Shown one piece after another: positions 40,905 to 56,204 of a DNA stretch of 64,000 bases; position 1 is the first letter of the stretch, and every line of letters begins with the position of its first letter. Source of the DNA: Eledone cirrhosa (taxonomy: Eukaryota); the NCBI GenBank assembly GCA_964016885.1, contig OZ024742.1, positions 278,132,001-278,196,000 of the forward strand, in the 5' to 3' direction. Below the pieces are notes generated by a model. It searched no databases. It had not been told where the DNA came from and was given only the letters and a program-made list of their open reading frames with translations. Position numbers and translations under genes: made by a program.

Positions 40905-42139
40905 GCACGTATATGCATATATGTGTATATATACGCACTACTGAATGGCTATTGATTCTCCTGAACTCATCCTTTATTTGACGGGTTTTATTTTTCGTTC
41001 CGCGGAATGTTCAAAAATTACTTTCCTCATCAAGCAAGCTTGGTGGCGTTGCCAGTTTTTGTCGCCGACGACCCGACCTTGCAGCCGGTTGTACTGTGTT
41101 ATATGTTACGAGTAGCCCTCAAAAGCGACTTGATGCACATATGTATATGTAAACGAATACATGGATAAACGTCGGTCTGGATTTAATGGGGGTCAAAGGG
41201 GGCAATTTGCCCGGATCCCCTGCAGCAGGAGGCCTCGCAGGCGACGATCGTAGCATTTATTTGTGCCCTTTGCTGGACCTTTTAGTTATATCCCTTTGAC
41301 AACGAGAACTACATATTTAAGTAAAAGTATTTAATGTTCTTACTGTGGCAAAATTGATAAAATGTTTGGTCTCAGACTCTACAACACCTGCTAGTGTAGA
41401 AAGTAGACGTAAAATACGGATGGTTAGATTATTTGTATATATCTTTTAAATTCTAATTATTTGTACCAAGCCAAATTTCATATTTAAAGTTGGGGGTTTG
41501 CTGTGTATTTTGATTTTTTGTGTATGAAGGTCCTTCCAAACCTGAAATGCGCCGAGACCCCCAGCCCAGGATAAATGTATACACGTACACAAAGTCTTCT
41601 ACTTACCTATACGCATAAATCGGCATTCGTATAAATACCGACATTTTCACATGAGCTTTTGTGCTTCGACTTTTAAGGAGTGAAGCTTTAGGCATTTTTC
41701 TCGGATTTCTAGAAATAAGAATTAAACTCTCCATCATTTCACATTGAATAATTTCGTACGATGCACACTATACCGGAAAAAAGATGGGATGATCATGGCA
41801 GCAATGACTCTAAGTATAGATCAGAGACATGCTGGAAAATGAAGGAAAGAGATATCATATGATATGGCCTGAGGTATGGTGTAAAAGTAGGATGGTCATT
41901 GCTGGAATGCCCTTAATTATTGTATCACGGTTGAGATTCATTCTGCTCCAGAATGGAAAGAGGCTGATCGCCAGTCGGACCAAGGAAACTATGTTTCCTT
42001 GTTTTAAAATTGTTGATACGGTCAGCTCGTCAGCTCAAGGCAGAAAAAGGGGTGATTTGGATTCAGAACGCACAAACCTGTTTCAGATACCATAAAACTT
42101 CCCGTCCCATATTTTAAGAAATCTGACAATTCAACGAAC

Positions 42140-42290
42140 GGGGTCTGGCACATTTTTTTATCGACTCCGAAAGAATAAAAGGCAAAGTTAGCCATGGCGT
42201 AATTAGAACTCAGATTGCAGAGAACCAGAACAAGTACTCAGGTATTTAAACAAAAGCTGAAACAACTCTGATATCTCACCATCGTCGCAA
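42140..42290 (-). mobile_element. Degenerate family-2 SINE
   Basis: ttttatcgactccgaaagaataaaaggcaaagttagcc is the reverse complement of the SINE body. Confidence 0.55.
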
Positions 42291-42877
42291 TACTACAACA
42301 CATATTCTGTATTTACTAACCAATGAGCTAACTATAAAACATTACTAAAACATTAATTCTGGGGGAATGCTTTTGCAGTCTTCTCTTCTGGGCACAGTCC
42401 CAACCAATACCGCGGTACCTTAGGCCTAGAACTCCTCTTCCTCCTCCTCATATCCTTCTGTGACGCTAGAACCCTTGCGTTGCCTTCTGCTTTGATAACC
42501 ACAAAGACACTTGTATTTTTGTTACAATAAAAGTTCTAAATATTTATATTGCTGGAGGTGATCAGTTATTACAGACTAGTTTGTATAGTTAAACATTAGT
42601 TTCTTCGTGCTCTAGTTCCTCCTCAGCAACATCAGCTAAATACTTTGAGCACCACTAACAAGACAAAATAAACAACAGCATTAACAACAATAACAATTAT
42701 AGATATTTTCAGTCATTGAAGAATTCTCTGTCAGTAATTATCAATTATTTTTTGTCATTTAACTCACTCGGCTTTATGTATTCCGACATTTACCCACTTG
42801 CTCTCATGCACCAACATCTACTGAAGATAGCTAAAACACAATCTTAAACGTACATGTTTACATCCACATATACACAC

Positions 42878-42910
<33 letters not shown>

Positions 42911-43356
42911 TGTATGTATGTATGTATGTATGTATGTATGTATGTATGTATGTATGTAGGTATGTTCTTCTGGTTTTATAATTTCACAAAGTTTTACCAA
43001 TAGAGAGAGAGAGAGTCGGTTTCTAACATAGACACAAGACTCTCTCATTGGAATTTACACAACATCAACTAGGTAGATATGTATGTATGCATGCATGTGT
43101 AGATATGGATATTATTGTATGTGTGGATGTGGATGTTTTGAGTTGTATGTGTGCATGTGTATATGCTTTGTATCTGTACATGTGTATATGCAGTTATTAG
43201 ATGCAACATTTTTGGAATGTTTTACATATTTTTACTGTTCCATTAATGGATTGTACTTGTAATTTCCTAACTAGTTATGTTCTTTCTGTTCCTGTGAAGC
43301 CTAGATTCTCAATATTTCTATTGAGGCAGTTACTAACATACCCCAGTGCCCCAGTA

Positions 43357-43458
<102 letters not shown>

Positions 43459-43810
43459 TGTGTGTGTATATGTATGTGTGTATGTAAGTATAAGTATATA
43501 TATATATATATATATATGAAAATAGGGAGAAAAAGACGATTATTAGGAAGAGAAATATATTTTTTTCCCTTTTATTTTTTCTCTTTTTTCTGGCTTAGAA
43601 AATGTTTAAAACAAAATATTTTACTTTGTGTGAAGTGTTAAGGTATTAGTTAATTTATTTATTAATTAACAATAGCATTTATTTATTTATTTATATATTT
43701 AATAATTGCCTATTACCGGTTTCAACATTTCATGCATTATCAAAGGGGCGATTTTGTATTGGTGTAAAATGTTGGTGATGTTGAACATGTTAAGGAAATG
43801 GCGAAGAAAG

Positions 43811-43850
<40 letters not shown>

Positions 43851-43934
43851 GCACTCGTGTGCCCCTTCTCCACATTTTATTATTATATATATATACAAAC
43901 ATACTTCTATCTGCCGAAATACGATTCTCGTTGA

Positions 43935-43996
<62 letters not shown>

Positions 43997-44039
43997 CATG
44001 TACATATATATACACAGACACACACACATGAGACAGCGC

Positions 44040-44246
<207 letters not shown>

Positions 44247-44917
44247 ATATGTCTTACTGCGCAGTGTTGAATTCATGATTTTTATATGGTGGGCTCGATT
44301 TCTGGATATGGGTGTCACGTTTTGTTGCTGAGCAAAATGTGTTATATTTTAAGTCGTTCTTCCTGCTAGGAGTGGGTTACGCTCAGCAGATATTACTAAT
44401 AATGGAGAGGCCATTGGAAACAATCTTCCCTTAGCTATACCGATCTGATAATCATCTTCTTCTGTGTATTCAGGTATTTGTTGGATAAGCGACACACGTT
44501 TTTTCAGAATAACAAGACTGGACCATTGAATATAGTTACAGTTCATTCGATGATGTTCCAATCTTCAACCCAGTTTCATTGATATTACTTGAGTTGACTC
44601 CATGCTTTGGTAAAGATGCAACTCACGATGCAACGCAATGTGACAGATACCTAAATCTCGTGATTGTGGAGCGAACATCTAGTACATTCAACAATGTTTG
44701 CGTTCCCCATATAAGAAACATCACAGCAAAATATCATATATCATAGCTATCTTTGGCATAGCGTGTTAACCCTTGTATATATATGTATGTATGCGTATAC
44801 CTACTTGCTGATCACAGTCTCTCTCTCCCTCTATATATATATGTATACACACACACACACACACACATATATACATACATATATATATAAGTATGTATGT
44901 GTATATATATAAGTATG

Positions 44918-44986
<69 letters not shown>

Positions 44987-45374
44987 TTGTGTGTGTTTAA
45001 GAAAAAGAAGCCACATTTCATTAAGACTTGCCTGTTCAAGTAAACGTGGCTAATTTGTTTTTAAAGCAATTTGATAATAATGTTTTGGTGCATAGCACAA
45101 GTTCAGTATTAATTTAGAGAAAGACATTCCCACCCTCATAGTAAAGCACCCACCCACATGCACACACGTACACATGAACCTTCAAACATACACACTGAAA
45201 CATACACATATACACACATACATACGCACACAGACATAGACAAACACAAAAACATATGAATATTATATTATGAGTATATATATATATATATATACAATCA
45301 GATACGCACACATGCACACAAATACCCACACACACAAACGCACAAGCACACACGCGCGCACATATAAACACACA

Positions 45375-45474
<100 letters not shown>

Positions 45475-45512
45475 TATATATATGCATACATACATATATA
45501 TATATATATATG

Positions 45513-45600
<88 letters not shown>

Positions 45601-45704
45601 ATACTTACATAACTAGATAACCTGACATCTTCTTGAAGAAATTGATGATGGAGATAGAATCTGGAAACATATACATGCGCAAAATGGTGGCTTATACACA
45701 CGTT

Positions 45705-45746
<42 letters not shown>

Positions 45747-46138
45747 TATATACTTAAATACGTTAAACATAAATAAATAAACATACACATGTAAGCATAT
45801 ATATATATATATATGTATTTATATATATATATATATGTATTTATGTATGTTTGTATGTATATATGTATGTATATATATATATGTGTGTGTATGTGTGTGT
45901 GTGTATGTGTGTGTCTGTATACAAACAGACATTGAAGTATTATCTTTGTGAAAGACACGCACATTGACAGTGTCATACACCTACCTACATATGAGGTTTA
46001 TGCAAAATTTCCCATATGTACAAAGTATACAGACACAAAATCTATAAACATACATACACATGTACATATGGACATATATATACATATATATCTTATATAT
46101 ATATATATATATATATATATCTTATATATATATATATC

Positions 46139-46216
<78 letters not shown>

Positions 46217-46364
46217 TATATATATGTATACATATATATGTACACACACATATATATATATATGCATGTATATAAATGTAGATGTAAGTAAATTTACATA
46301 TATGTATATATATACATATATGTACATATATATATATGTACATACAATGCATATACGTATATGT

Positions 46365-46401
<37 letters not shown>

Positions 46402-46442
46402 CACACACATAAAAATACACACACAAACATACACCCCCCCCC

Positions 46443-46482
<40 letters not shown>

Positions 46483-46496
46483 ATATATATATATAA

Positions 46497-46529
<33 letters not shown>

Positions 46530-46944
46530 GGTATATATATTTATATATAAATACATACAGATTGGAACGCATGTCACTAAAGGTAGACGAGCAAGTTATC
46601 TGACTTTAATCGGTAGTTGAGTGGTTTTATTGATTTATGTCTCCACCAATAAATATATCGGAGGTGAAGACATGGTGTGTGTATGTGTTGTGGGGGCCAT
46701 GTGTATTTGTCTACATACATATATACACAGACATACACACGTATATATAGGTGCATATTGGTTGTATGGGTATATTTGTATAATAACGTCTGTTGTAGCT
46801 AGGCAGGTAGGCATATACATGGCATATATTAGTTTATTCGTTTGTATATACGTATATGAGTATATGAATGAGTTTGTGTACGTATGAGTTTCTACGCACA
46901 CACGTGTGAGCAGACACACAAACACTCTCTCTCTCGCTCTCACA

Positions 46945-46983
<39 letters not shown>

Positions 46984-47322
46984 AGACATATATATATATA
47001 TATATTTATACATATATATATCTGTATATGCAAATTAATTGTATATTTATCTATTTACGTAGGATGTATATATATATATATATATGTTTATGTGTGAAAG
47101 TGGTATTGATGTATATGTACAGATATATGGAAGTGATTTTGTCTGCTTATAGTTATGTATGTGTTTATGTGTTTATTTATGTGTGTTTATGTTAGTGTTC
47201 GTGTGGGACTAATTTACAAACATAAACTCTAGAACACAAACGCACACATATGTACATGTGTTATATATACGTAAGTACGTATATATGTATGTGTTTGTTG
47301 GTACGTAAATATGTATGTGTGC

Positions 47323-47356
<34 letters not shown>

Positions 47357-47980
47357 TTATATAGTCTGAAGCAATAAATATTTTCAGAATATCTATGCAG
47401 GCACACACACACATAAACCCACGTATATAAATATACAAACATATGAATAAATAAATAAATAAATATGTATATATATATATATATACATATATGCATGTAT
47501 ATATATATACATATATACATACATATACACACATACATATATATATATATATATATGGACATAAACATAGCCATATAAATGAAGTGGTGTATTGTTGTAA
47601 AGTCTTTGTATGCGGGTATTAAAATATCAGATCAGAAATATTTTGTAACTAAAAAAGGTCTGAGAGAACTATACGTTTCTAAGAAGTTCACTAATAAATT
47701 TCGTTAGCGATATTATGGAAAAGGAATAAAAAAGTTACCCGTGAAAATATCTGTATGAAAAAGATGGATGCATTTATTGGATGTAAATAGATTGTTTAAA
47801 ACACACAAACACACACACAATCACCCCCCTCCCCCACACACACATACACACACATACATATATTGAGAGAGAGATTGGGAAAGAGATTCCTGTGTATGTA
47901 TATATCTATATCTATAAGTATGAATAGATATATACGTAGGTAGGCACGTAGACAGATAAATAGATTATTTACATTGTAAG

Positions 47981-48028
<48 letters not shown>

Positions 48029-48403
48029 TAGGACTGAAAATCTGCTGATGAAATCTTACGATATTCCTGGCTATGTAATATATGCAATATTTGAAAATAC
48101 TACATGACGTCTGTGAGTAACAATTGCTGATAGAACTGTTATGTACAGGATGTGGCACGGAAATTGTTACATTTGGGAGTCTTTATATTTCACCGACACT
48201 GAGACGTTTATCTACTAATTAAACGAATGTCCCCTCTGTGTCGCAAATTCGTATTCACAACATGCAATGTTTTTATAAAATTATCGAGTTAGTAGATAGC
48301 GGTCGGAGCTAAACAAATTGTAAATGGATAGTTTAGTTATATATATTTGATTTGCAAGGTTTTTGATATGAAATCGTGTATTGAAACAAATATTGTTATA
48401 TCC

Positions 48404-48431
<28 letters not shown>

Positions 48432-48436
<5 letters not shown>

Positions 48437-48561
48437 AAAAAAGTATGACCCCGACGGCAGAGCTCAAGCCGTTTCGACGGGTATTTCTGAACTACTATTA
48501 GTCCAGAAATAGCCGTCGAAACGGCTTCAGCTCTGCCGTCGGGGACATACTCTTTTCCTAT
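48432..48561. repeat. Fold-back element; each arm carries the 3' half of a hammerhead (GAAAC-stem III-GTC)
   Basis: ataggaaaa..gacggcagagct..agccgtttcgacgg / ccgtcGAAACggcttcagctctgccGTCgggg..ttttcctat. Confidence 0.8.
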
Positions 48562-48897
48562 TACCCACTCTACTACCCTAAGTATTGAGTACTCTGGTGC
48601 GTTATGGTCCATCTGGTTCCTTACCACATTTCCTTCGTTATATATATATATATATATGTAAATGGTAAACATAAATAACAACACAATGGGTACAGTATAT
48701 AGAAGGAATATATTAGGTTAACGCTTGAAATAGCAGGAAGAGTGTCTTAATGTTTCGGACGCTAGTCCTTAACTAGAAAGAATGAGAAATTAGATAGATT
48801 GAAGGGACGGGGGGGGGGGGGGGGGTGTAATTGGAAAAAATGTTTTTAGAGAAAAATAACAGGTCCATTCATGTTGCCATTTCTTGGATATATATAT

Positions 48898-48928
<31 letters not shown>

Positions 48929-49423
48929 CGAGTGTGTGCGTGCGAGTGTGTGTGTGTGCGTGTGTGTGTGTGCGTGTGTGTTTGTGTTGACGCGGTTATA
49001 GTATCAACTATAATCTCGCTTGCACACATTACACACTCAAAGAATTATGGAACAAAACCTGTCTTAGAGTCTTACAAAGTGTATGTTTGCAATGTGCCAT
49101 GTACACCTAATTTAGTCAGGACCTAAGTCTCCGCAAATGCAGAAAACACGTGCAACAGCAACTTGTCTTAAACTATATTTGGTTTATCAGCAGGATGGAA
49201 TCTTGCTTACCCACCACCCCACATATATATATATATGTATATATAGTATAAGAATAAAGGAACAAAGAATCAGTGTTACATCATAACATATTAAACAACA
49301 TATTACATATGTTTCACTGTCGATCAGCTCGAGGAACGATATACTAATACTCTGCTCTGCTAGAGCATCGAGTGCTCACCCGGGATACCGCCTACGGACG
49401 CAATTTTCTTGCACCTCTACACC

Positions 49424-49469
<46 letters not shown>

Positions 49470-50183
49470 GGTCACGCATGGCTGTTACTGGTAATCCTGT
49501 ATAGCCTGACAATTGGTTGGGTTGTCGGCGACTAAACCAGTAACCCTACCAAGTTTAGTTGGTGAGGAGAGGTATATTGGACACCCTGTAGGATGATAAA
49601 CAAAACCCAACTAAGGGTGGAGGAACACATGTGAGTCAACGGTCATCCAATTATGTGTACATATCTATATATTGTATGTAGTAAATATGTATACGTTAAT
49701 TTAAGAGTGTGCAGAGCTGTAGTCAATTTCACGGGTTAGCACTGAATGGCCTTTTGTGGTGTTTTCGTGTCCCAGTCTCTATTGAATATGCCACTCGGTG
49801 AACTGATGACGCACAAAATATGATTATTGAAGCTGAGCACCTAGCATCTCTCAGTTTCACCAATATTTACAATCCTGCTTGTTTCATAGTAAGCAGTAGC
49901 TCATGAGACGATCATCATTTTAAATAGAAGACCCCGGCGCCCTTATCTCTCGTGGCTTCGCAGATGGTCGACTGTTAAATCAAAAAATGGGTTGGCACAA
50001 CTGATTCAGTTAGCGGAGACACCAATGCGTATGCAGGTGTGACTCAAGAAGAGAAAAAAAGAAGTATATATATACTTGTGTTCATTTAATTAGCTATTAT
50101 ATAGATTCCATGGTGTCAACAAACATTTTTTTAATATATAAATACATTCACCTACATCTCTATCTATCAATCTATCAACCAAC

Positions 50184-50245
<62 letters not shown>

Positions 50246-50247
<2 letters not shown>

Positions 50248-50306
50248 GTAAACTTCCCCCTTTGTATTTGTCCCCTTCTTTTGTGCCCCTGTGGCTAATA
50301 AAGAAA
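50246..50306 (+). mobile_element. Tx1 extreme 3'-end mini-copy D (61 bp) within (TATC)n
   Basis: Near-identical to 3067-3126, with TATC repeats on both sides. Confidence 0.9.
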
Positions 50307-50330
50307 TATATCTATCTATCTATCTATCTA

Positions 50331-52770
50331 CCTCGGATTCTGTCTAACAGGTGGAAAATGCGCTGGTGAGTAAATGTTTTAATTTCATTGGAAATTGCAT
50401 GAACGGAATCTACATTCTTACACCATTTTGTAGATAAGCTGCCCCCCTACACTTTCTAGGTGGTAGCAACCCCAAATAATAAGCCCACCAGGGCGAAAAA
50501 CGGAGAAATCCCACAAAATTTCTACCGGAACTTTGAATATAGCCACAATGGCCAAATTCTTTGACCCCATCTTCACGAAAAACACATCAGAGAATTGTGG
50601 AGTTGGGCTGTTAATCTCACCTTCCACAGTACTAGTAGCAGGTGAAGGCTGCCTGCCTGCTGCTATCACAAACAACAACAACAGTAACAACAACAGAAAC
50701 AAAAACAACAACACATCAAAACTGTCAGCCAACAATTAGACAGAGGTGGTGGAGGGACGGTAAAAGTGTCAAGCCAACAGGCAGTTTGCACCGCCTCATT
50801 GAAACACGTCGATATGTTTAAAACACACCCTGACAACAACACCAGCACCACCAACACGAAAACTGTGGCACAAACCAAAACAACGCCATCAACAACAACA
50901 GTGACAACGAAAAAGAAGAAGAACAACAACAACAACAAAACCACAACCACCACCACCAACAACAACAACAACACTAACAACGGAAAAAACGAAAACAACA
51001 TCAAGAATAATAATAACAACAACAAGACCAATAACTGCAACAAGGAAGTAAACGACAAAATATCGTTTGCGCAAACCGTAAAGAAAACGGTAAGCAACAC
51101 TCCGGTAGATATTTCAAATGCAAATGAGCTTTTGAATAACGCCAGACAATATGTAACTTTTGGGGAGAACGAATCATTCTCCATAAACTCTCCCCCAGAT
51201 TTGCGAAGAGAAGCTGCCTTGAAAACTGTGATTTTCAGGACAGTCTCAAACAAAACCCGAAAACCGACTCAACTTTCACAAGGCGAAATTGAGTTGGCTT
51301 TAAAAAATGTCTTAAAAGACATTGCTTTTATTCAGAAGGGTAGACTCTACGGGAGTTTATCCATTCTAATGAAAGACCAATTGACGGCACAGAAATATTC
51401 TGTGTCGCCAATTCTGTCACCGCTGTTCACCTTTTTCCCCACTTACATGGGTAAAAGAACACAGAAAATAAAAATTCAAAGTATCACACCAAATATTGAC
51501 ATTTGGTGAGTACTATGTGGATTTTTAAACCTCGAAAAAGACTATATAATATCGGTAGGTAAGTCCTCGGGCGACCTGTTCAGCGGAACTAGCCTGGAAG
51601 TTGTGGTCCAAATGACACCAGAACGAATAGCTAGGATCCCGGAACGTGTGTTGCTGGATGGAGTTATATACATAAACATTTCGGTCGAGGGTAGGCGGCC
51701 CTCATGTTACCTGAGAGCTTCCCATCCTCGGCTAACTAGGCAAAAAAAGGCACTACTGCCAACACCTGCAACACCAGAACAACAATCACCACCACCACCA
51801 CCACAACAACATAAAAATAGTGACAACAAAACAACGACAAAGACAGTCCCACCCAACCCCTCCCCAACTAAAACAACTCCAGAAACACCCACACACATAA
51901 TGTACCCCTCCCCAACAACACGGATGAGGCCTCATCATCGTCACCCAGTGACGATGAGGGAGAGCCTTTCCGACCAGTAAAAAGAAAGAAGAAAAGACAT
52001 AACACAAAAAAAATGCAACAAACACACAAACACCAACACAAGCGACTCAAGCAGCACAAACAAGAACCACAATCAAAAAGCAACACAACACAACAAAAAT
52101 GTTACACCTACATAAATACTAAAAATAAAAGTTTGAAAGACACCATATATAAAAAACCTTCGGTGGAGACCGAAGGGAAAACTTTTACACACTCTTCGGA
52201 GAACCCTAATCTTAGAATGATTAGGACCTCCATGGACACATATGAAGAGTTAAAAGAAAAAATTCCTAATGACGTAGGTAGCCCCTGCGTCAAACCCTAC
52301 AATCGAGTCCTGTTAAAATGTTTCCCCACCCCCACCCACATCCCACCAGACACCCCCTCCCCACCAAACATCTCCGTCCCCACCCCGCCAGAGACCACCA
52401 CTCCACCAAACAACCCCTCCAACACCCCCATGGAAATTGTGCAGCCTGGACCCCAGGAGACGAAGAGGTGAGTGATTTCTTTTCCTCTTCTTTTGACTTA
52501 TCAGCACTAGCATGGCCAATATAAGAGTTGGATGTGTGAATAAACGCGGCCTGGGCATGCCCTCAAAACAGGGCAAACTCTTAAACGACCTCAGGTCGCA
52601 CAGTATGGATGTAGTAGCCATTTGCGAGTCCAGGATCCACAGCGAGCGACAACTGGCCCCCATCTTCGACGACTTTGAGATCTACGCAACTCTCTGTCAG
52701 ACGGCAGGTGGGGGCGGGATTGCCGTTTTGCTGCGGAAAAACCTGGATCTCGCAACACAGACGGTACATC
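50331..52770 (+). mobile_element. Tx1-clade LINE 5' half: 5' UTR, disrupted ORF1, start of ORF2 APE domain
   Basis: Low-complexity N/T/P-rich ORF1 pieces (ISFAQTVK, PTYMGKRTQKIKI, VEGRRPSCY), then MANIRVGCVNKRGLG...MDVVAICESRI...GGGIAVLL from 52512. Starts immediately after (TATC)n. Confidence 0.8.
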
Positions 52771-53210
52771 TGTTGTATTGTATGTCTACGCCATCTTTAT
52801 TTAATAGACATACAATTTATTTAATAGAAATACAATACAACAGGAGGAAACATAATAGCACCACTGACGATGTTGCAGATGTGCAACGAAAGAACTTTGT
52901 TAGACTATATATATGTGTTTGTGTCTATATTATAACTGTATTTTTGACCGTTGGTCAGTCAATGGTAACATTGAGGACCGAATAAATTAAATTAGCTGAT
53001 ATAAAAGATACAGAAGCGAAAACCAACCAAAGTGAGTGTGTTCTGTTATTAATTCTGTCAATATTATTACATAAATATGACCAAATATAACAATATTTGT
53101 TTCGACACACGATTTCATATAAAAAACCTTGCAAAACTATATATATATATATATATAGTTAAAGAATGAAGAGTAACATGGTTGGCTATACAATAAGGGC
53201 TTTATTTAAA

Positions 53211-53315
53211 GTACTGACAATTGTTTCGTTGATCAGGTGAGTCTAGAGTTCGCTAATCGCTTGAGGTTGCGTCATTCGATCTCCAATACACTCTCTGGTC
53301 AACCCATCAGAGTAC
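53211..53315 (-). ncRNA. Type-I hammerhead with extended stem II (A9>G)
   Basis: gtact-CTGATGG-gttgaccag...(76-nt stem II domain)...ctgatcaac-GAAAC-aatt-GTC-agtac, with palindromic ACAATTGT at stem III. Confidence 0.72.
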
Positions 53316-53357
53316 GTAGATATGAAAGTAATTCACTCGAGGCAAGACTTATATAGA

Positions 53358-53467
53358 AAAATAGCGTATAATCAAAACAATAACAACAATAATAAAATAG
53401 CGTATAATCAAAACAATAACAACAATATAAAATAGCGTATAATCAAAACAATAACATCAATAATAAA
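53358..53467 (+). repeat. About 36-bp tandem repeat x3
   Basis: aaaatagcgtataatcaaaacaataacaacaataat units. Confidence 0.85.
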
Positions 53468-53949
53468 ACATGTATCAAAAAAGGGAGAGAAGTTACAGAT
53501 GTAAAAAGTAAAAAGTAAAGTATAAGATAGGGTACATTAAAAAATAAGAAAATAAGACAAAGGAAAATATAAAAAAATAAATAAGTGAGTGCGTGTAAGT
53601 ACATAGTAGTAGATTTTGAGTAAGTGTTCAAAGGATTCGCTGGTGAGTTTAGTGCTAACATGGGAAACCAGATTCGAAATGTACATAGATACGTGTAGAG
53701 GGTCCGATAAAAGAAAAGTCAATAAATTAGAGATTAATTGGCGGATACATGTATGATATTTATGGGCTAGGGATGACGGGACATTTGATAAACGCTTGTT
53801 ATAAATGTTTTGCTCATTGTCCTATCTTAATGGAGTTGATGCTGTTTTAGGGAGAGATGATGAAAGAAGAGTTCAGTACGTTAAAACTATCCACAACGCA
53901 GAGTACTCACAACCTCTAACTGGATTACCTATAACGATAACTTGTTATT

Positions 53950-54080
<131 letters not shown>

Positions 54081-54406
54081 ATATATATGTACGAGACAGA
54101 CACGGCGAAATTATAGGACATATAAACTTATATAGAGAGTGTTAAATACATCAATACAGTTACATTGTAAAATCAGCAGGTTAGGAGTCACATGTAGATT
54201 AGTACAAATATATTAACGTGGTCTGAAGATGTAAATATATATATATATATATATACTGTAGCTTCTTATAAAGATTGAGGTAGGATGCTCACTAGGTGTG
54301 TGTGTGCATCTAAGTATCTATGTATGTTTGCATGTATGTATATATGAAGGAATTTGCAGGGCTCCTGCTCAATTCTTTGAAGACACATCTTTTAATCGTT
54401 CTAGCA

Positions 54407-55230
54407 TTCTTCTTCTTCTTCTTCTTCTTCTTCTTCTTCTTCTTCTTCTTCTTCTTCTTCTTCTTCTTCTTCTTCTTCTTCTTCTTCTTCTTCTTCTTCT
54501 TCTTCTTCTTCTTCTTCTTCTTCTTCTTCTTCTTCTTCTTCTTCTTCTTCTTCGCCCCCTTATTCCTGAGAGCGTCGTGAGCGCAGTGTCCGCAAACATT
54601 CTTTCCAGCGGGCCCTGTCAGAAGCAGCCTTCTCCAACTTGCTCGGCAGCATCCCCAAGCGAGATAGGCCTAGCTTATAGGTGTTATCCAATCATTTTGC
54701 TCGGGGTCTACCCCTGTGTCTATCCCTGGGTCTCCTGCTGGTTTGTTTTGCCCGTAAAATCTGTCCAGGCATTCTTTCCTGAGACATTCTATAGTATCAA
54801 AGCTGTGTTCTCTCAATTCGGAGACTAGTGGCTCTGCCTGGAGTGATACTCTGATCTCCGAGCTATGCACTCCATCGAGTAACGTTACTCCGAAGACCCT
54901 TCGGAGGAACCCCATTTCGGCCGTTTATATTCGCGATCGTATCCTTTCGGTCATTACCCAAGATTCATGACCATAGGTAAGCGTTGGTACGAATACCGAA
55001 TTGAAGATAGTAAGTTTGGCTTTTAGGCCTACCTCCCTTCCGATTATTGAATGCTGAAGCTGGTGCATTACTGCAGCAGCTCCTGCAATTCTAGTTTCAG
55101 TGAAACTCCATGCACACGTAGAGTGCACTGCACAGGCCTTTTTGAGAGGACGAGTGTCTTAGTTTTTGCAGCACTGATTTTCATTTCAGCCATGCAGCAC
55201 TCGGCATCAAACTTTTCGAGTGGAAGTCGG
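54407..55230 (-). mobile_element. RTE-type LINE 3' fragment with (GAA)n tail (54407-54553)
   Basis: KAKLTIFNSVFVPTLTYGHESWVMTERIRSRI and EMGFLRRVFGVTLLD. The 3' end runs into (GAA)n on the minus strand. Confidence 0.85.
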
Positions 55231-55369
55231 AGATAACATTATGTCGAGTTAAATAACACAATGTCGTCTGCAATTCCAGATGATTGATTTTACACCCATC
55301 ATGCTACCACTTCCGGCGTGGTTGCGCATGTTAATCCTTTTTTCTAACTTGTTCTGATGATCATTTCTT

Positions 55370-55830
55370 TTCAGATAAACCATGACAATAATCAACCTAA
55401 TTCAGCAAATGAAAAGACGCGTTATAAACGTTGCCTTAAAGCAATACATAATGATTTAAAGATTGCTCGCTTCCTGAAGGTCGTTTGTTGTCAAAGTTTC
55501 CAAGGAGCTGCAAGCTGTTGATATAAAATGCCTGTTAAGGGTTCTAATACCAATATAACATCCACATATGTAGGAAATATGCAGAAAGGTATCTATAAGA
55601 ACACCAGAAAGCAATTAGAACCATTGATAAGTAGTTAAGATACAAATCATATGTGATGCTGAGAGGCAATTCTTTCTGCAAAGACAAAGGAAACCAACTC
55701 ATCCACGCTTGCCATGCTTCTCTGATTGAGAAAACATTTTGATCAGACCAAAAGATCAACAGAAAAAAGATAACAAATGGTTTTGCAGAGGCTTTTAAAG
55801 TCGTTCCAACGGTCATGCACATAAAGTTTC
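55370..55830 (+). mobile_element. Highly degenerate Tc1/mariner-type transposase related to 15354-16419
   Basis: ttctctgattgagaaaacattttgatcagaccaaaagatcaac matches FSDEKNF.QDQKIN, followed by VPTVMHIKF. Confidence 0.6.
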
Positions 55831-56112
55831 AGCTTGTAAACCGTGCACGCCTTTTCGAAGTAACACAAATCAGCGTAGTATTCGATGCATGGTGAAAAGC
55901 AGACAATATATTAATGAGGTAGGTTTTACACCGTGATCTCGGGCGAATTCAGTTTGTAACCTTTCAAGCTTCTTCAAAGAACTCCGAGGAGTCATGCAAG
56001 GTTAAAAGCTGAAACCGCCCGAACTCCCGGTTGTCTGTCTACATCATTATTATATATCCTCACCGTGCGACAACCAATTTGTTGTTTCCCCGGATTCAAC
56101 GGCAGACACTTC

Positions 56113-56144
<32 letters not shown>

Positions 56145-56145
56145 T

Positions 56146-56204
<59 letters not shown>

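Noticed and set aside
48740-48780. Minus-strand ggac-tagc-gtcc-GAAAC
   Set aside because: Stem II and GAAAC are present, but the core is unrecognisable.
49455-49655. GC-richer block with gtg-ttcctc-cac (HDV-like P3/L3) on the minus strand
   Set aside because: I could not find matching P1 and P2 partners. Probably an unclassified repeat.
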